NCBI GenBank assembly: GCA_964016885.1
Contig: OZ024754.1
Location: 19,468,001 to 19,532,000 of the forward strand
Length of the DNA: 64,000 bases
DNA from: Eledone cirrhosa
Lineage: Eukaryota
Direction: 5' to 3'
The translations under genes were made by a program, and so were the position numbers. Shown one piece after another: positions 1-14,800 of this stretch. Under the pieces are notes generated by a model. The model had not been told where the DNA came from. It made no database searches and saw only the letters and a list, made by a program, of their open reading frames with translations. The stretch's first letter is position 1; each line of letters starts with the position of its first letter.

Positions 1-499
1 CTTGCCAGACATGTACAACTGTGGCTAAAATGACACTACCACGATATAGTTACTTTAGTTTCAACACAATCTCAGATCAAGTCACTTGCCAGACATGTAC
101 AACTGTAGCTAAAATGAATCTTCCATGATATAGTACTTTAGTTTCAACAGTCTCAGATCAAGTCTCTTGCCAGACATGTATAACTGTGGCTAAAATGAAT
201 CTTCCATGATATAGTTACTTTAGTTTCAACACAATCTCAGATCAAGTCACTTGCCAGACATATACAACTGTGTCTAAAATGATTCTTCCATGATATAGTT
301 ACTTTAGTTTCAACACAGTCTCAGATCAATTCACTTACCAGACATGCACAACTGTAGCTAAAATGAATCTTCGATGATATAGTACTTTAGTTTCAACACA
401 GTCTCAGATCAAGTCACTTGCCAGACATGTACAACTGTGGCTAAAATGACTCTTCCATGATATAATTACTTTAGTTTCAACACAGTCTTAGATCACGTC

Positions 500-3400
500 A
501 CTTGCCAGACATGTAGAACTGTGACTAAAATGACTCTTCCATGATATAGTTACTTTAGTTTAAACACAGTCTCAGATCAAGTCACTTGCCAGACATGTAC
601 AACTGTGGCTAAAATGACTGTTCCATTATATAGTTACTTTAGTTTCAACACAATCTCAGATCAAGTCACTTTCAAGGCATGTACAACTGTGGCTGAAATG
701 ACTCTTCCATTATATAGTTACATTACTTTCAACACAGTCACAGATCAAGTCACTTTCCAGGCATGTACAACTGTGGCTGAAATGACTCTTCCATTATATA
801 GTTACTTTAGTTTCAACACAATCCCAGATCAAGTCACTTGCCAGACATATGCAACTGTGGCTAAAATGACTCTTCCATGATATAGTTACTTTAGTTTCAA
901 CACAATCTCAGATCAAGTCACTTGCCAGACATGTACAACTGTGGCTAAAATGACTCTTCCATGATATAGTTACTTTAGTTTCAACACAATCTTAGATCAA
1001 GTCACTTACCAGACTTATACAACTGTGGCTGAAATGACTCTTCCATTATATAGTTACTTTAGTTTCAACACAATCCCAGATCAAGTCACTTGCCAGACAT
1101 ATGCAACTGTGGCTAAAATGACTCTTCCATGATATAGTTACTTTAGTTTCAACACAGTCTCAGATCAAGTCACTTGTCAGACATGTACAACTGTGGCTAA
1201 AATGTCTGTTCCATGATATAGTTACTTTAGTTTGAACACAGTCTTCGATCAAGTCACTTGCCAGACATGTACAACTGTGGCTAAAATAACTCTTCCATGA
1301 TATAGTTACTTTAGTTTCAACACAGCCTCAGATAAAGTCACTTGCCAGACATGTACAACTGTGGCTAAAATGACTGTTCCATGATATAGTTACATTAGTT
1401 TCAACACAGTCTCAGATCAAGTCACTTACCAGACATGTACAACTGTGGCTAAAATGACTCTTCCATGATATAGTTACTTTAGTTTCAACACAATCTCAGA
1501 TCAAGTCACTTGCCAGACATTTACAACTGTGGCTAAAATGACTCTTCCATGATATAGTTACTTTAGTTTCAACACAGTCTCAGATCAAGTTACTTGCCAG
1601 ACATGTACAACTGTGGCTAAAATGAATCTTCCATGATATAGTTACTTTAGTTTCAATACAGTCTCGAATCAAGTCACTTGCCAGACATGTACAACTATGG
1701 CTAAATTGACTCTTCCATGATATAGTTACTTTAGTTTCAATACGATCTCAGATCAAGTCACTTGCCAGACATGTGCAACTGTGGCTAAAATGACTCTTCC
1801 ATGATATAGTTACTTTAGTTTCAACACAATCTCAGATCATGTCACTTGCCAGACATGTACAACTCTGGCTAAAATAACTCTTCCATGATATAGTTACTTT
1901 AGATTCAACACAGTCCCAGATCAAGTCACTTTCCAGGCATGTACAACTGTGGCTGAAATGACTCTTCCATGATATATTTACTTTAGTTTCAACACAGTCA
2001 CAGATCAAGTCACTTGCCAGATATGTACAACTGTGGCTAAAATGACTCTTCCATGATATAGTTAATTTAGTTTCAACACAGTCACAGATCAAGTCACTTG
2101 CCAGACATGTACAAGTTTAGCTGAAATGACTCTTCAATGATATAGTTACTTTAGTTTCAACACAACCTCAGATCAAGTCACTTGCCAGACGTGTACAACT
2201 GTGGCTAAAATGACTCTTTCATGATATAGTCACTTTAGTTTCAACACAGTCTTAGATCAGGTCACTTGACAGACATGTACAACTGTGGCTAAAATAACTC
2301 TTCCATGATATAGTTAGTTTAGTTTCAACACAGCCTCAGATAAAGTCACTTGCCAGACATGTGCAACTGTGGCTAAAATGAATCTTCCATGATATAGTTA
2401 CTTTAGTTTCAACACAATCTTAGATCAAGTCACTTACCAGACATATACAACTGTGGCTAAAATGACTCTTCCATGATATAGTTACTTTAGTTTCAACACA
2501 ATCTCAGATCAAGTCACTTACCAGACATGTACAACTGTAGCTAAAATGAATCTTCCATGATATAGTACTTTAGTTTCAACACAGTCTCAGATCAAGTCAC
2601 TTGCCAGACATGTATAACTGTGCCTAAAATGAATCTTCCATGATATAGTTACTTTAGTTTCAACACAATCTCAGATCAAGTCACTTGCCAGACATGTACA
2701 ACTGTGTCTAAAATGATTCTTCCATGATATAGTTACTTTAGCTTCAACACAGTCTCAGATCAATTCACTTACCAGACATGTACAACTGTAGCTAAAATGA
2801 ATCTTTGATGATATAGTACTTTAGTTTCAACACAGTCTCAGATCAAGTCACTTGCCAGACATGTACAACTGTGGCTAAAATGACTCTTCCATGATATAGT
2901 TACTTTAGTTTCAACACAGTCTTAGATCACGTCACTTGCCAGACATGTAGAACTGTGACTCAAATGACTCTTCCATGATATAGTTACTTTAGTTTAAACA
3001 CAGTCTCAGATCAAGTCACTTGCCAGACATGTACAACTGTGGCTAAAATGACTGTTCCATTATATAGTTACTTTAGTTTCAACACAATCTCAGATCAAGT
3101 CACTTTCAAGGCATGTACAACTGTGGCTGAAATGACTCTTCCATTATATAGTTACATTACTTTCAACACAGTCACAGATCAAGTCACTTTCCAGGCATGT
3201 ACAACTGTGGCTGAAATGAATCTTCCATTATATAGTTACTTTAGTTTCAACACAATCCCAGATCAATTCACTTGCCAGATATATGCAACTGTGGCTAAAA
3301 TGACTCTTCCATGATATAGTTACTTTAGTTTCAACACAATCTCAGATCAAGTCACTTGCCAGACATGTACAACTGTGGCTAAAATGACTCTTCCATCATA

Positions 3401-6340
3401 TAGTTACTTTAGTTTCAACACAGTCACAGATCAAGTCACTTGCCAGACATGTACAAGTTTACCTAAAATGACTCTTCAATGATATAGTTACTTTAGTTTC
3501 AACACAACCTCAGATCATATCACTTGCCAGACATCTACAACTGTGGCTAAAATGAGTCTACCATGATATAGTTACTTTAGTTTCAACACAGTCACAGATC
3601 AAGTCACTTGCCAGACATGTACAACCGTGGCTAAAATGACTCTTCCATGATATAGTTACTTTAGCTTCAACACAGTCACAGATAGAGTCACTTGCCAGAC
3701 ATGTACAACTGTGGCTAAAATGAATCTTTCATGATATAGTACTTTAGTTTCAACACGGTCTCAGATCAAGTCACTTGCCAGACATGTACAACTGTGGCTA
3801 AAATGACTCTTCCATGATATAGTTACTTTAGTTTCAACACAGTCTTAGATCAAGTCACTTGCCAGACATTTACAACTGTGGCTAAAATGACTCCTCCATG
3901 ATATAGTTACTTTAGTTTCAACACAGTCTCAGATCAAGTTACTTGCCAGATATGTACAACTGTGGTTAAAATGACTCTTCCATGATATAGTTATTTTAGT
4001 TTCGACACAGTCACAGATCAAGTCACTTGCCAGACATGTACAACTGTGGCTAAAATGACTCTTCCATGATATAGTTACTTTAGTTTCAACACAGTCTCAG
4101 ATCAAGTCACTTGCCAGACATGTACAACTGTGGCTAAAATGACTCTTTCATGATATAGTTACTTTAGTTTCAACACAGTCTTAGATCAAGTCACTTGCCA
4201 GACATGTACAACTGTGGCTAAAATAACTCGTCCATGATATAGTTACTTTAGTTTCAACACAGCCTCAGATAAAGTCACTTGCAAGACATGTACAACCGTG
4301 GCTGAAATAACTCTTCTATGATATACTTACTTTAGTTTCAACACAGTCTCAGATCAAGTCACTTGCTAGACATGTGCAACTGTGGCTAAAATGACTCTTC
4401 CATGATATAGTTACTTTACTTTCAACACAGTCTCAGATCAAGTCACTTGCTAGACATGTACAACTGTGGCTAAAATGACTCTTCCATGATATAGTTACTT
4501 TAGTTTCAACACAGTCTCAGATCAAGTCACTTGCCAGACATTTACAACTGTGGCTAAAATGACTCTTCCATGATATAGTTACTTTAGTTTCAACACAGTC
4601 TCAGATTAAGTTACTTGCCAGACATGTACAACTGTGGCTAAAATGAATCTTCCATGATATAGTTACTTTAGTTTCAATACAGTCTCGAATCAAGTCACTT
4701 GCCAGACATGTACAACTGTGGCTAAATTGACTCTTCCATGATATAGTTACTTTAGTTTCAACACGATCTCAGATCAAGTCACTTGCCAGACATGTGCAAC
4801 TGTGGCTAAAATGACTCTTCCATGATATAGTTACTTTAGTTTCAACACAATCTCAGATCATGTCACTTGCCAGACATGTACAACTCTGGCTAGAATAACT
4901 CTTCCATGATATAGTTACTTTAGTTTCAACACAGTCCCAGATCAAGTCACTTTCCAAGCATGTACAACTGTGGCTGAAATGACTCTTCCATGATATAGTT
5001 ACTTCAGTTTCAACACAGTCACAGATCAAGTCACTTGCCAGACATGTACAAGTTTAGCTAAAATGACTCTTCAATGATATAGATACTTTAGTTTCAACAC
5101 AACCTCACATCATGTCACTTGCCAGACATCTACAACTGTGGCTAAAATGAGTCTACCATGATATAGTTACTTTAGTTTCAACACAGTCACAGATCAAGTC
5201 ACTTGCCAGACATGTACAACTGTGGCTAAAATGACTCTTCCATGATATAGTTACTTTAGTTTCAACACAGTCACAGATCAAGACACTTACCAGACATGTA
5301 CAACTGTATCTAAAATGACTCTTCCATGATATAGTTACTTTAGTTTCAACACAGTCTCAGATCAATTCACTTACCAGACATGTACAACTGTGGCTAAAAT
5401 GAATCTTCCATGATATAGTACTTTAGTTTCAACACAGTCTCAGATCAAGTCACTTGCCAGACATGTACAACTGTGGCTAAAATGACTCTTCCATGATATA
5501 TTAACTTTAGTTTCAACACAGTCTTAGATCACGTCACTTGCCAGACATGTAGAACTGTGACTAAAATGACTCTTCCATGATATAGTTACTTTAGTTTAAA
5601 CACAGTCTCAGATCAAGTCACTTGCCAGACATGTACAACTGTGGCTAAAATGACTGTTCCATTATATAGTTACTTTAGTTTCAACACAATCTCAGATCAA
5701 GTCACTTTCAAGGCATGTACAACTGTGGCTGAAATGACTCTTCCATTATATAGTTACATTACTTTCAACACAGTCACAGATCAAGTCACTTTCCAGGCAT
5801 GTACAACTGTGGCTGAAATGAATCTTCCATTATATAGTTACTTTAGTTTCAACACAATCCCAGATCAATTCACTTGCCAGACATATGCAAATGTGGCTAA
5901 AATGACTCTTCCATGATATAGTTACTTTAGTTTCAACACAATCTCAGATCAAGTCACTTGCCAGACATGTACAACTGTGGCTAAAATGACTCTTCCATGA
6001 TATAGTTACTTTAGTTTCAACACAGTCACAGATCAAGTCACTTGCCAGACATGTACAAGTTTACCTAAAATGACTCTTCAACGATATAGTTACTTTAGTT
6101 TCAACACAATCTCAGATCAAGTCACTTTCAAGGCATGTACAACTGTGGCTGAAATGACTCTTCCATTATATAGTTACATTACTTTCAACACAGTCACAGA
6201 TCAAGTCACTTTCCAGGCATGTACAACTGTGGCTGAAATGAATCTTCCATTATATAGTTACTTTAGTTTCAACACAATCCCAGATCATGTCACTTGCCAG
6301 ACATCTACAACTGTGGCTAAAATGAGTCTACCATGATATA
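500..6340. repeat. Left sub-domain with a repeated multi-monomer block carrying CCATTATA / TTTCAAGGC / TACATTACTTTC variants
   Basis: The block starts at 605, 3039 and 5641 (spacings 2434 = 29x84-2 and 2602 = 31x84-2). A partial extra copy lies 420 bp (5 monomers) after the third. I did not see the CCATTATA variant after about 6.3 kb. Confidence 0.85.
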
Positions 6341-6629
6341 GTTACTTTAGTTTCAACACAGTCACAGATCAAGTCACTTGCCAGACATGTACAACCGTGG
6401 CTAAAATGACTCTTCCATGATATAGTTACTTTAGTTTCAACACAGTCACAGATAGAGTCACTTGCCAGACATGTACAACTGTGGCTAAAATGAATCTTTC
6501 ATGATATAGTACTTTAGTTTCAACACGGTCTCAGATCAAGTCACTTGCCAGACATGTACAACTGTGGCTAAAATGACTCTTCCATGATATAGTTACTTTA
6601 GTTTCAATACAGTCTTAGATCAAGTCACT

Positions 6630-7010
6630 TGCCAGACATGTACAACTGTGGCTAAAATGACTCTTCCATGATATAGTTACTTTAGTTTCAACACAGTCTA
6701 AGATCAAGTCACTTGCCAGACATTTACAACTGTGGCTAAAATGACTCTTCCATGATATAGTTACTTTAGTTTCAACACAGTCACAGATCAAGTCACTTGC
6801 CAGACATCTACAACTGTGGCTAAAATGACTCTTCCATGATATAGTTACTTTAGTTTCAACACAGTCTAAGATCAAGTCACTTGCCAGACATTTACAACTG
6901 TGGCTAAAATGACTCTTCCATGATATAGTTACTTTAGTTTCAACACAGTCACAGATCAAGTCACTTGCCAGACATCTACAACTGTGGCTAAAATGACTCT
7001 TCCATGATAT
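6630..7010. repeat. Local dimer (168-bp) duplication
   Basis: A monomer with GTCTAAGATC...CATTTACA followed by a monomer with GTCACAG...CATCTACA occurs twice in tandem. Confidence 0.8.
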
Positions 7011-8889
7011 AGTTACTTTAGTTTCAACACAATCTTAGATCTAGTCACTTACCAGACATGTACAACTGTGGCTAAAATGACTCTTCCATGATATAGTTAC
7101 TTTAGTTTCAACACAGTCCTAGATCAAGTCACTTTCCAGACATGTACAACTGTGGCTAAAATAACTCTTCCATGATATAGTTACTTTAGTTTCAACACAG
7201 CCTCAGATAAATTCACTTGCCAGACATGTACAACTGTGGCTAAAATGACTCTTCCATGATATAGTTACTTTAGTTTCAACACAGTCTCAGATCAAGTCAC
7301 TTACTAGACATGTGCAACTGTGGCTAAAATGACTCTTCCATGATATAGTTATTTTAGTTTCAACACAGTCTCAGATCAAATCACTTGCTAGACATGTACA
7401 ACTATGGCTAAAATGACTCTTCCATGATATAGTTACTTTAGTTTCAACACAGTCTCAGATCAAGTCACTTGCCAGACATGTGCAACTGTGGCTAAAATGA
7501 CTCTTCCATGATATAGTTACTTTAGTTTCAACACGATCTTAGATCAAGTCACTTACCAGACATGTACAACTGTGGCTAAAATGACTCTTCCATGATATAG
7601 TTACTTTAGTTTCAACACAGTCTCAGATCAAGTCACTTGCTAGACATGTACAACTGTGGCTAAAATGACTCTTCCATGATATAGTTACTTTAGGTTCAAC
7701 ACAGTCTCAGATCAAGTCACTTGCCAGACATGTACAACTGAGGCTAAAATGACTGTTCCATGTTATAGTTACTTTAGTTTCAACACAGTCTCAGATCAAG
7801 TCACTTGCTAGACATGTACAACTGTGGCTAAAATGACTCTTCCATGATATAGTTACTTTAGTTTCAACACAGTCTCAGATCAAGTCACTTGCCAGACATG
7901 TGCAACTGTGGCTAAAATGACTCTGCCATGATATAGTTACTTTAGTTTCAACACAGTCTCAGATCAAGTCACTTGCTAGACATGTACAACTGTGGCAAAA
8001 ATGACTCTTCCATGATATAGTTACTTTAGTTTCAACACAGTCTCAGATCGAGTCACTTGCCAGACATGTGCAACTGTGGCTAAAATGACTCTTCCATGAT
8101 ATAGTTACTTTAGTTTCAACACAGCCTTAGATCAAGTCACTTGCCAGACATGTACAACTGTGGCTAAAATAACTCTTCCATGATATAGTTACTTTAGTTT
8201 CAACACAGCCTCAGATAAAGTCACTTGCCAGAGATGTACAACTGTGGCTAAAATGACTCTTCCATGATATAGTTACTTTAGTTTCAACACAGTCTCAGAT
8301 CAAGTCACTTACTAGACATGTGCAACTGTGGCTAAAATGACTCTTCCATGATATAGTTACTTTAGTTTCAACACAGTCTCAGATCAAGTCACTTGCCAGA
8401 CATGTGCAACTGTGGCTAAAATGACTCTTCCATGATATAGTTACTTTAGTTTCAACACGATCTCAGATCAAGTCACTTGCCAGACACGTGCAACTGTGGC
8501 TAAAATGACTCTTCCATGATATAGTTACTTTAGTTTCAACACAATCTCAGATCATGTCACTTGCCAGACATGTACAACTCTGGCTAAAATAACTCTTCCA
8601 TGATATAGTTACTTTAGTTTCAACACAGTCCCAGATCAAGTCACCTTCCAGGCATGTACAACTGTGGCTGAAATGACTCTTCCATGATATAGTTACTTTA
8701 GTTTCAACACAGTCACAGATCAAGTCACTTGCCAGATATGTACAACTGTGGCTAAAATGACTATTCCATGATATAGTTACTTTAGTTTCAACAAAGTCAC
8801 AGATCAAGTCACTTGCCAGACATGTACAAGTTTAGCTAAAATGACTCTTCAATGATATAGTTACTTTAGTTTCAACACAACCTCAGATC

Positions 8890-11800
8890 ATGTCACTTGC
8901 CAGACATGTAGAACTGTGACTAAAATGAGTCTACCATGATATAGTTACTTTAGTTTCAACACAGTCACAGATCAAGTCACTTGCCAGACATGTACAACTG
9001 TGGCTAAATTGACTCTTCCATGATATAGTTACTTTAGTTTCAACACAGTCACAGATCAAGTCACTTGCCAGACATCTACAACTGTGGCTAAAATGACTCT
9101 TCCATGATATAGTTACTTTAGTTTCAACACAATCTTAGATCTAGTCACTTACCAGACATGTACAACTGTGGCTAAAATGACTCTTCCATGATATAGTTAC
9201 TTTAGTTTCAACACAGTCCTAGATCAAGTCACTTTCCAGACATGTACAACTGTGGCTAAAATAACTCTTCCATGATATAGTTACTTTAGTTTCAACACAG
9301 CCTCAGATAAATTCACTTGCCAGACATGTACAACTGTGGCTAAAATGACTCTTCCATGATATAGTTACTTTAGTTTCAACACAGTCTCAGATCAAGTCAC
9401 TTACTAGACATGTGCAACTGTGGCTAAAATGACTCTTCCATGATATAGTTATTTTAGTTTCAACACAGTCTCAGATCAAATCACTTGCTAGACATGTACA
9501 ACTATGGCTAAAATGACTCTTCCATGATATAGTTACTTTAGTTTCAACACAGTCTCAGATCAAGTCACTTGCCAGACATGTGCAACTGTGGCTAAAATGA
9601 CTCTTCCATGATATAGTTACTTTAGTTTCAACACGATCTCAGATCAAGTCACTTGCCAGACATGTGCAACTGTGGCTAAAATGACTCTTCCATGATATAG
9701 TTACTTTAGTTTCAACACAATCTCAGATCATGTCACTTGCCAGACATGTACAACTCTGGCTAAAATAACTCTTCCATGATATAGTTACTTTAGTTTCAAC
9801 ACAGTCCCAGATCAAGTCACTTTCCAGGCATGTACAACTGTGGCTGAAATGACTCTTCCATGATATAGTTACTTTAGTTTCAACACAGTCACAGATCAAG
9901 TCACTTGCCAGATATGTACAACTGTGGCTAAAATGACTCTTCAATGATATAGTTACTTTAGTTTCAACACAACCTCAGATCATGTCACTTGCCAGACATG
10001 TAGAACTGTGACTAAAATGAGTCTACCATGATATAGTTACTTTAGTTTCAACACAGTCACAGATCAAGTCACTTGCCAGACATGTACAACTGTGGCTAAA
10101 ATGACTCTTCCATGATATAGTTACTTTAGTTTCAACACAGTCTCAGATCAAGTCACTTGCCAGACATCTACAACTGTGGCTAAAATGACTCTTCCATGAT
10201 ATCGTTACTTTAGTTTCAACACAGTCTCAGATCTAGTCACTTGCCAGACATGTGCAACTGTGGCTAAAATGACTCTTCCATGATATAGTTACTTTAGTTT
10301 CGACACAGTCTCAGAGCAAGTCACTTGCTAGACATGTACAACTGTGGCTAAAATGACTCTTCCATGATATAGTTACTTTAGGTTCAACACAGTCTCAGAT
10401 CAAGTCACTTGCCAGACATGTAAAACTGAGGCTAAAATGACTGTTCCATGTTATAGTTACTTTAGTTTCAACACAGTCTCAGATCAAGTCACTTGCTAGA
10501 CATGTGCAACTGTGGCTAAAATGACTCTTCCATGATATAGTTACTTTAGTTTCAACACAGTCTCAGATCAAGTCACTTGCTAGACATGTACAACTGTGGC
10601 AAAAATGACTCTTCCATGATATAGTTACTTTAGTTTCAACACAGTCTCAGATCGAGTCACTTGCCAGATATGTGCAACTGTGGCTAAAATGACTCTTCCA
10701 TGATATAGTTACTTTAGTGTCAACACAGTCTTAGATCAAGTCACTTGCCAGACATGTACAACTGTGGCTAAAATAACTCTTCCATGATATAGTTACTTTA
10801 GTTTCAACACAGCCTCAGATAAAGTCACTTGCCAGACATGTACAACTGTGGCTAAAATGACTCTTCCATGATATAGTTACTTTAGTTTCAACACAGTCTC
10901 AGATCAAGTCACTTACTAGACATGTGCAACTGTGGCTAAAATGACTCTTCCATGATATAGTTATTTTAGTTTCAACACAGTCTCAGATCAAATCACTTGC
11001 TAGATATGTACAACTGTGGCTAAAATGACTCTTCCATGATATAGTTACTTTAGTTTCAACACAGTCTCAGATCAAGTCACTTGCCAGACATGTGCAACTG
11101 TGGCTAAAATGACTCTTCCATGATATAGTTACTTTAGTTTCAACACGATCTCAGATCAAGTCACTTGCCAGACATGTACAAGTTTAGCTAAAATGACTCT
11201 TCAATGATATAGTTACTTTAGTTTCAACACAACCTCAGATCATGTCACTTGCCAGACATGTAGAACTGTGACTAAAATGAGTCTACCATGATATAGTTAC
11301 TTTAGTTTCAACACAGTCACAGATCAAGTCACTTGCCAGACATGTACAACTGTGGCTAAATTGACTCTTCCATGATATAGTTACTTTAGTTTCAACACAG
11401 TCACAGATCAAGTCACTTGCCAGACATCTACAACTGTGGCTAAAATGACTCTTCCATGATATAGTTACTTTAGTTTCAACACAGTCTCAGATCTAGTCAC
11501 TTGCCAGACATGTGCAACTGTGGCTAAAATGACTCTTCCATGATATAGTTACTTTAGTTTCAACAGAGTCTCAGAGCAAGTCACTTGCTAGACATGTACA
11601 ACTGTGGCTAAAATGACTCTTCCATGATATAGTTACTTTAGGTTCAACACAGTCTCAGATCAAGTCACTTGCCAGACATGTACAACTGAGGCTAAAATGA
11701 CTCTTCCATGTTATAGTTACTTTAGTTTCAACACAGTCTCAGATCAAGTCACTTGCTAGACATGTACAACTGTGGCTAAAATGACTCTTCCATGATATAG

Positions 11801-14800
11801 TTACTTTAGTTTCAACACAGTCTCAGATCAAGTCACTTGCCAGACATGTGCAACTGTGGCTAAAATGACTCTGCCATGATATAGTTACTTTAGTTTCAAC
11901 ACAGTCTCAGATCAAGTCACTTGCTAGACATGTACAACTGTGGCAAAAATGACTCTTCCATGATATAGTTACTTTAGTTTCAACACAGTCTCAGATCGAG
12001 TCACTTGCCAGACATGTGCAACTGTGGCTAAAATGACTCTTCAATGATATAGTTACTTTAGTTTCAACACAGTCACAGATCAAGTCACTTGCCAGACAAG
12101 TACAACTGTGGCTAAAATGACTCTTCCATGATATAGTTACTTTAGTTTCAACACAGTCACAGATCAAGTCACTTACCAGGGATGTACAACTGTGGCTAAA
12201 ATGATTCTTCCATGATATAGTTACTTTAGTTTCAACGCAGTCACAGATCAAGTGTCTTGCCGGACATGTACAACAGTAGCTAAAATGACTGTTCCATGAT
12301 ATAGTTACTTTAGTTTCAACACAACCTCAGATCACGTCACTTGCCAGACATCTACAACTCTGGCTAGAATGACTCTTCAATGATATAGTTACTTTAGTTT
12401 AAACACAATCTCAGATCAAGTCACTTGCCAGACATGTGCAACTGTGGCTAAAATGACTCTGCCATGATATAGTTACTTTAGTTTCAACACAGTCTCAGAT
12501 CATGTCACTTGCCAGACATGTAGAACTGTGACTAAAATGAGTCTACCATGATATAGTTACTTTAGTTTCAACACAGTCACAGATCAAGTCACTTGCCAGA
12601 CATGTACAACTGTGGCTAAATTGACTCTTCCATGATATAGTTACTTTAGTTTCAACACAGTCACAGATCAAGTCACTTGCCAGACATCTACAACTGTGGC
12701 TAAAATGACTCTTCCATGATATAGTTACTTTAGTTTCAACACAATCTTAGATCTAGTCACTTACCAGACATGTACAACTGTGGCTAAAATGACTCTTCCA
12801 TGATATAGTTACTTTAGTTTCAACACAGTCCTAGATCAAGTCACTTTCCAGACATGTACAACTGTGGCTAAAATAACTCTTCCATGATATAGTTACTTTA
12901 GTTTCAACACAGCCTCAGATAAATTCACTTGCCAGACATGTACAACTGTGGCTAAAATGACTCTTCCATGATATAGTTACTTTTGTTTCAACACAGTCTC
13001 AGATCAAGTCACTTACTAGACATGTGCAACTGTGGCTAAAATGACTCTTCCATGATATAGTTATTTTAGTTTCAACACAGTCTCAGATCAAATCACTTGC
13101 TAGACATGTACAACTATGGCTAAAATGACTCTTCCATGATATAGTTACTTTAGTTTCAACACAGTCTCAGATCAAGTCACTTGCCAGACATGTGCAACTG
13201 TGGCTAAAATGACTCTTCCATGATATAGTTACTTTAGTTTCAACACGATCTCAGATCAAGTCACTTGCCAGACATGTGCAACTGTGGCTAAAATGACTCT
13301 TCCATGATATAGTTACTTTAGTTTCAACACAATCTCAGATCATGTCACTTGCCAGACATGTACAACTCTGGCTAAAATAACTCTTCCATGATATAGTTAC
13401 TTTAGTTTCAACACAGTCCCAGATCAAGTCACTTTCCAGGCATGTACAACTGTGGCTGAAATGACTCTTCCATGATATAGTTACTTTAGTTTCAACACAG
13501 TCACAGATCAAGTCACTTGCCAGATATGTACAACTGTGGCTAAAATGACTCTTCAATGATATAGTTACTTTAGTTTCAACACAACCTCAGATCATGTCAC
13601 TTGCCAGACATGTAGAACTGTGACTAAAATGAGTCTACCATGATATAGTTACTTTAGTTTCAACACAGTCACAGATCAAGTCACTTGCCAGACATGTACA
13701 ACTGTGGCTAAAATGACTCTTCCATGATATAGTTACTTTAGTTTCAACACAGTCACAGATCAAGTCACTTGCCAGACATCTACAACTGTGGCTAAAATGA
13801 CTCTTCCATGATATCGTTACTTTAGTTTCAACACAGTCTCAGATCTAGTCACTTGCCAGACATGTGCAACTGTGGCTAAAATGACTCTTCCATGATATAG
13901 TTACTTTAGTTTCAACACAGTCTCAGAGCAAGTCACTTGCTAGACATGTACAACTGTGGCTAAAATGACTCTTCCATGATATAGTTACTTTAGGTTCAAC
14001 ACAGTCTCAGATCAAGTCACTTGCCAGACATGTAAAACTGAGGCTAAAATGACTGTTCCATGTTATAGTTACTTTAGTTTCAACACAGTCTCAGATCAAG
14101 TCACTTGCTAGACATGTGCAACTGTGGCTAAAATGACTCTTCCATGATATAGTTACTTTAGTTTCAACACAGTCTCAGATCAAGTCACTTGCTAGACATG
14201 TACAACTGTGGCAAAAATGACTCTTCCATGATATAGTTACTTTAGTTTCAACACAGTCTCAGATCGAGTCACTTGCCAGATATGTGCAACTGTGGCTAAA
14301 ATGACTCTTCCATGATATAGTTACTTTAGTGTCAACACAGTCTTAGATCAAGTCACTTGCCAGACATGTACAACTGTGGCTAAAATAACTCTTCCATGAT
14401 ATAGTTACTTTAGTTTCAACACAGCCTCAGATAAAGTCACTTGCCAGACATGTACAACTGTGGCTAAAATGACTCTTCCATGATATAGTTACTTTAGTTT
14501 CAACACAGTCTCAGATCAAGTCACTTACTAGACATGTGCAACTGTGGCTAAAATGACTCTTCCATGATATAGTTATTTTAGTTTCAACACAGTCTCAGAT
14601 CAAATCACTTGCTAGACATGTACAACTGTGGCTAAAATGACTCTTCCATGATATAGTTACTTTAGTTTCAACACAGTCTCAGATCAAGTCACTTGCCAGA
14701 CATGTGCAACTGTGGCTAAAATGACTCTTCCATGATATAGTTACTTTAGTTTCAACACGATCTCAGATCAAGTCACTTGCCAGACATGTACAAGTTTAGC

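Noticed and set aside
75-100. p53-like CWWG cores (CAAG, CTTG, CATG) and E-box/MYB-like hexamers (CACTTG, CAACTG)
   Set aside because: The core spacings are 7 and 9 bp rather than 10, the flanks mismatch RRRCWWGYYY, and hexamer matches are expected by chance.
921-1004. Possible internal sub-repeat (CTTGCCAGACATGTAC vs CTTCCATGATATAGTTAC)
   Set aside because: The alignment needs several gaps and splits the unit unevenly (35/49 bp), which is too weak to claim a dimeric origin.
605-6336. Plus-strand ORFs of 88-91 aa (MAKMTVPLYSYFSF...)
   Set aside because: They are three-monomer read-throughs created by a TGA>TTA (or CGA) variant in a unit whose length is a multiple of 3. They have no unique sequence or gene context.
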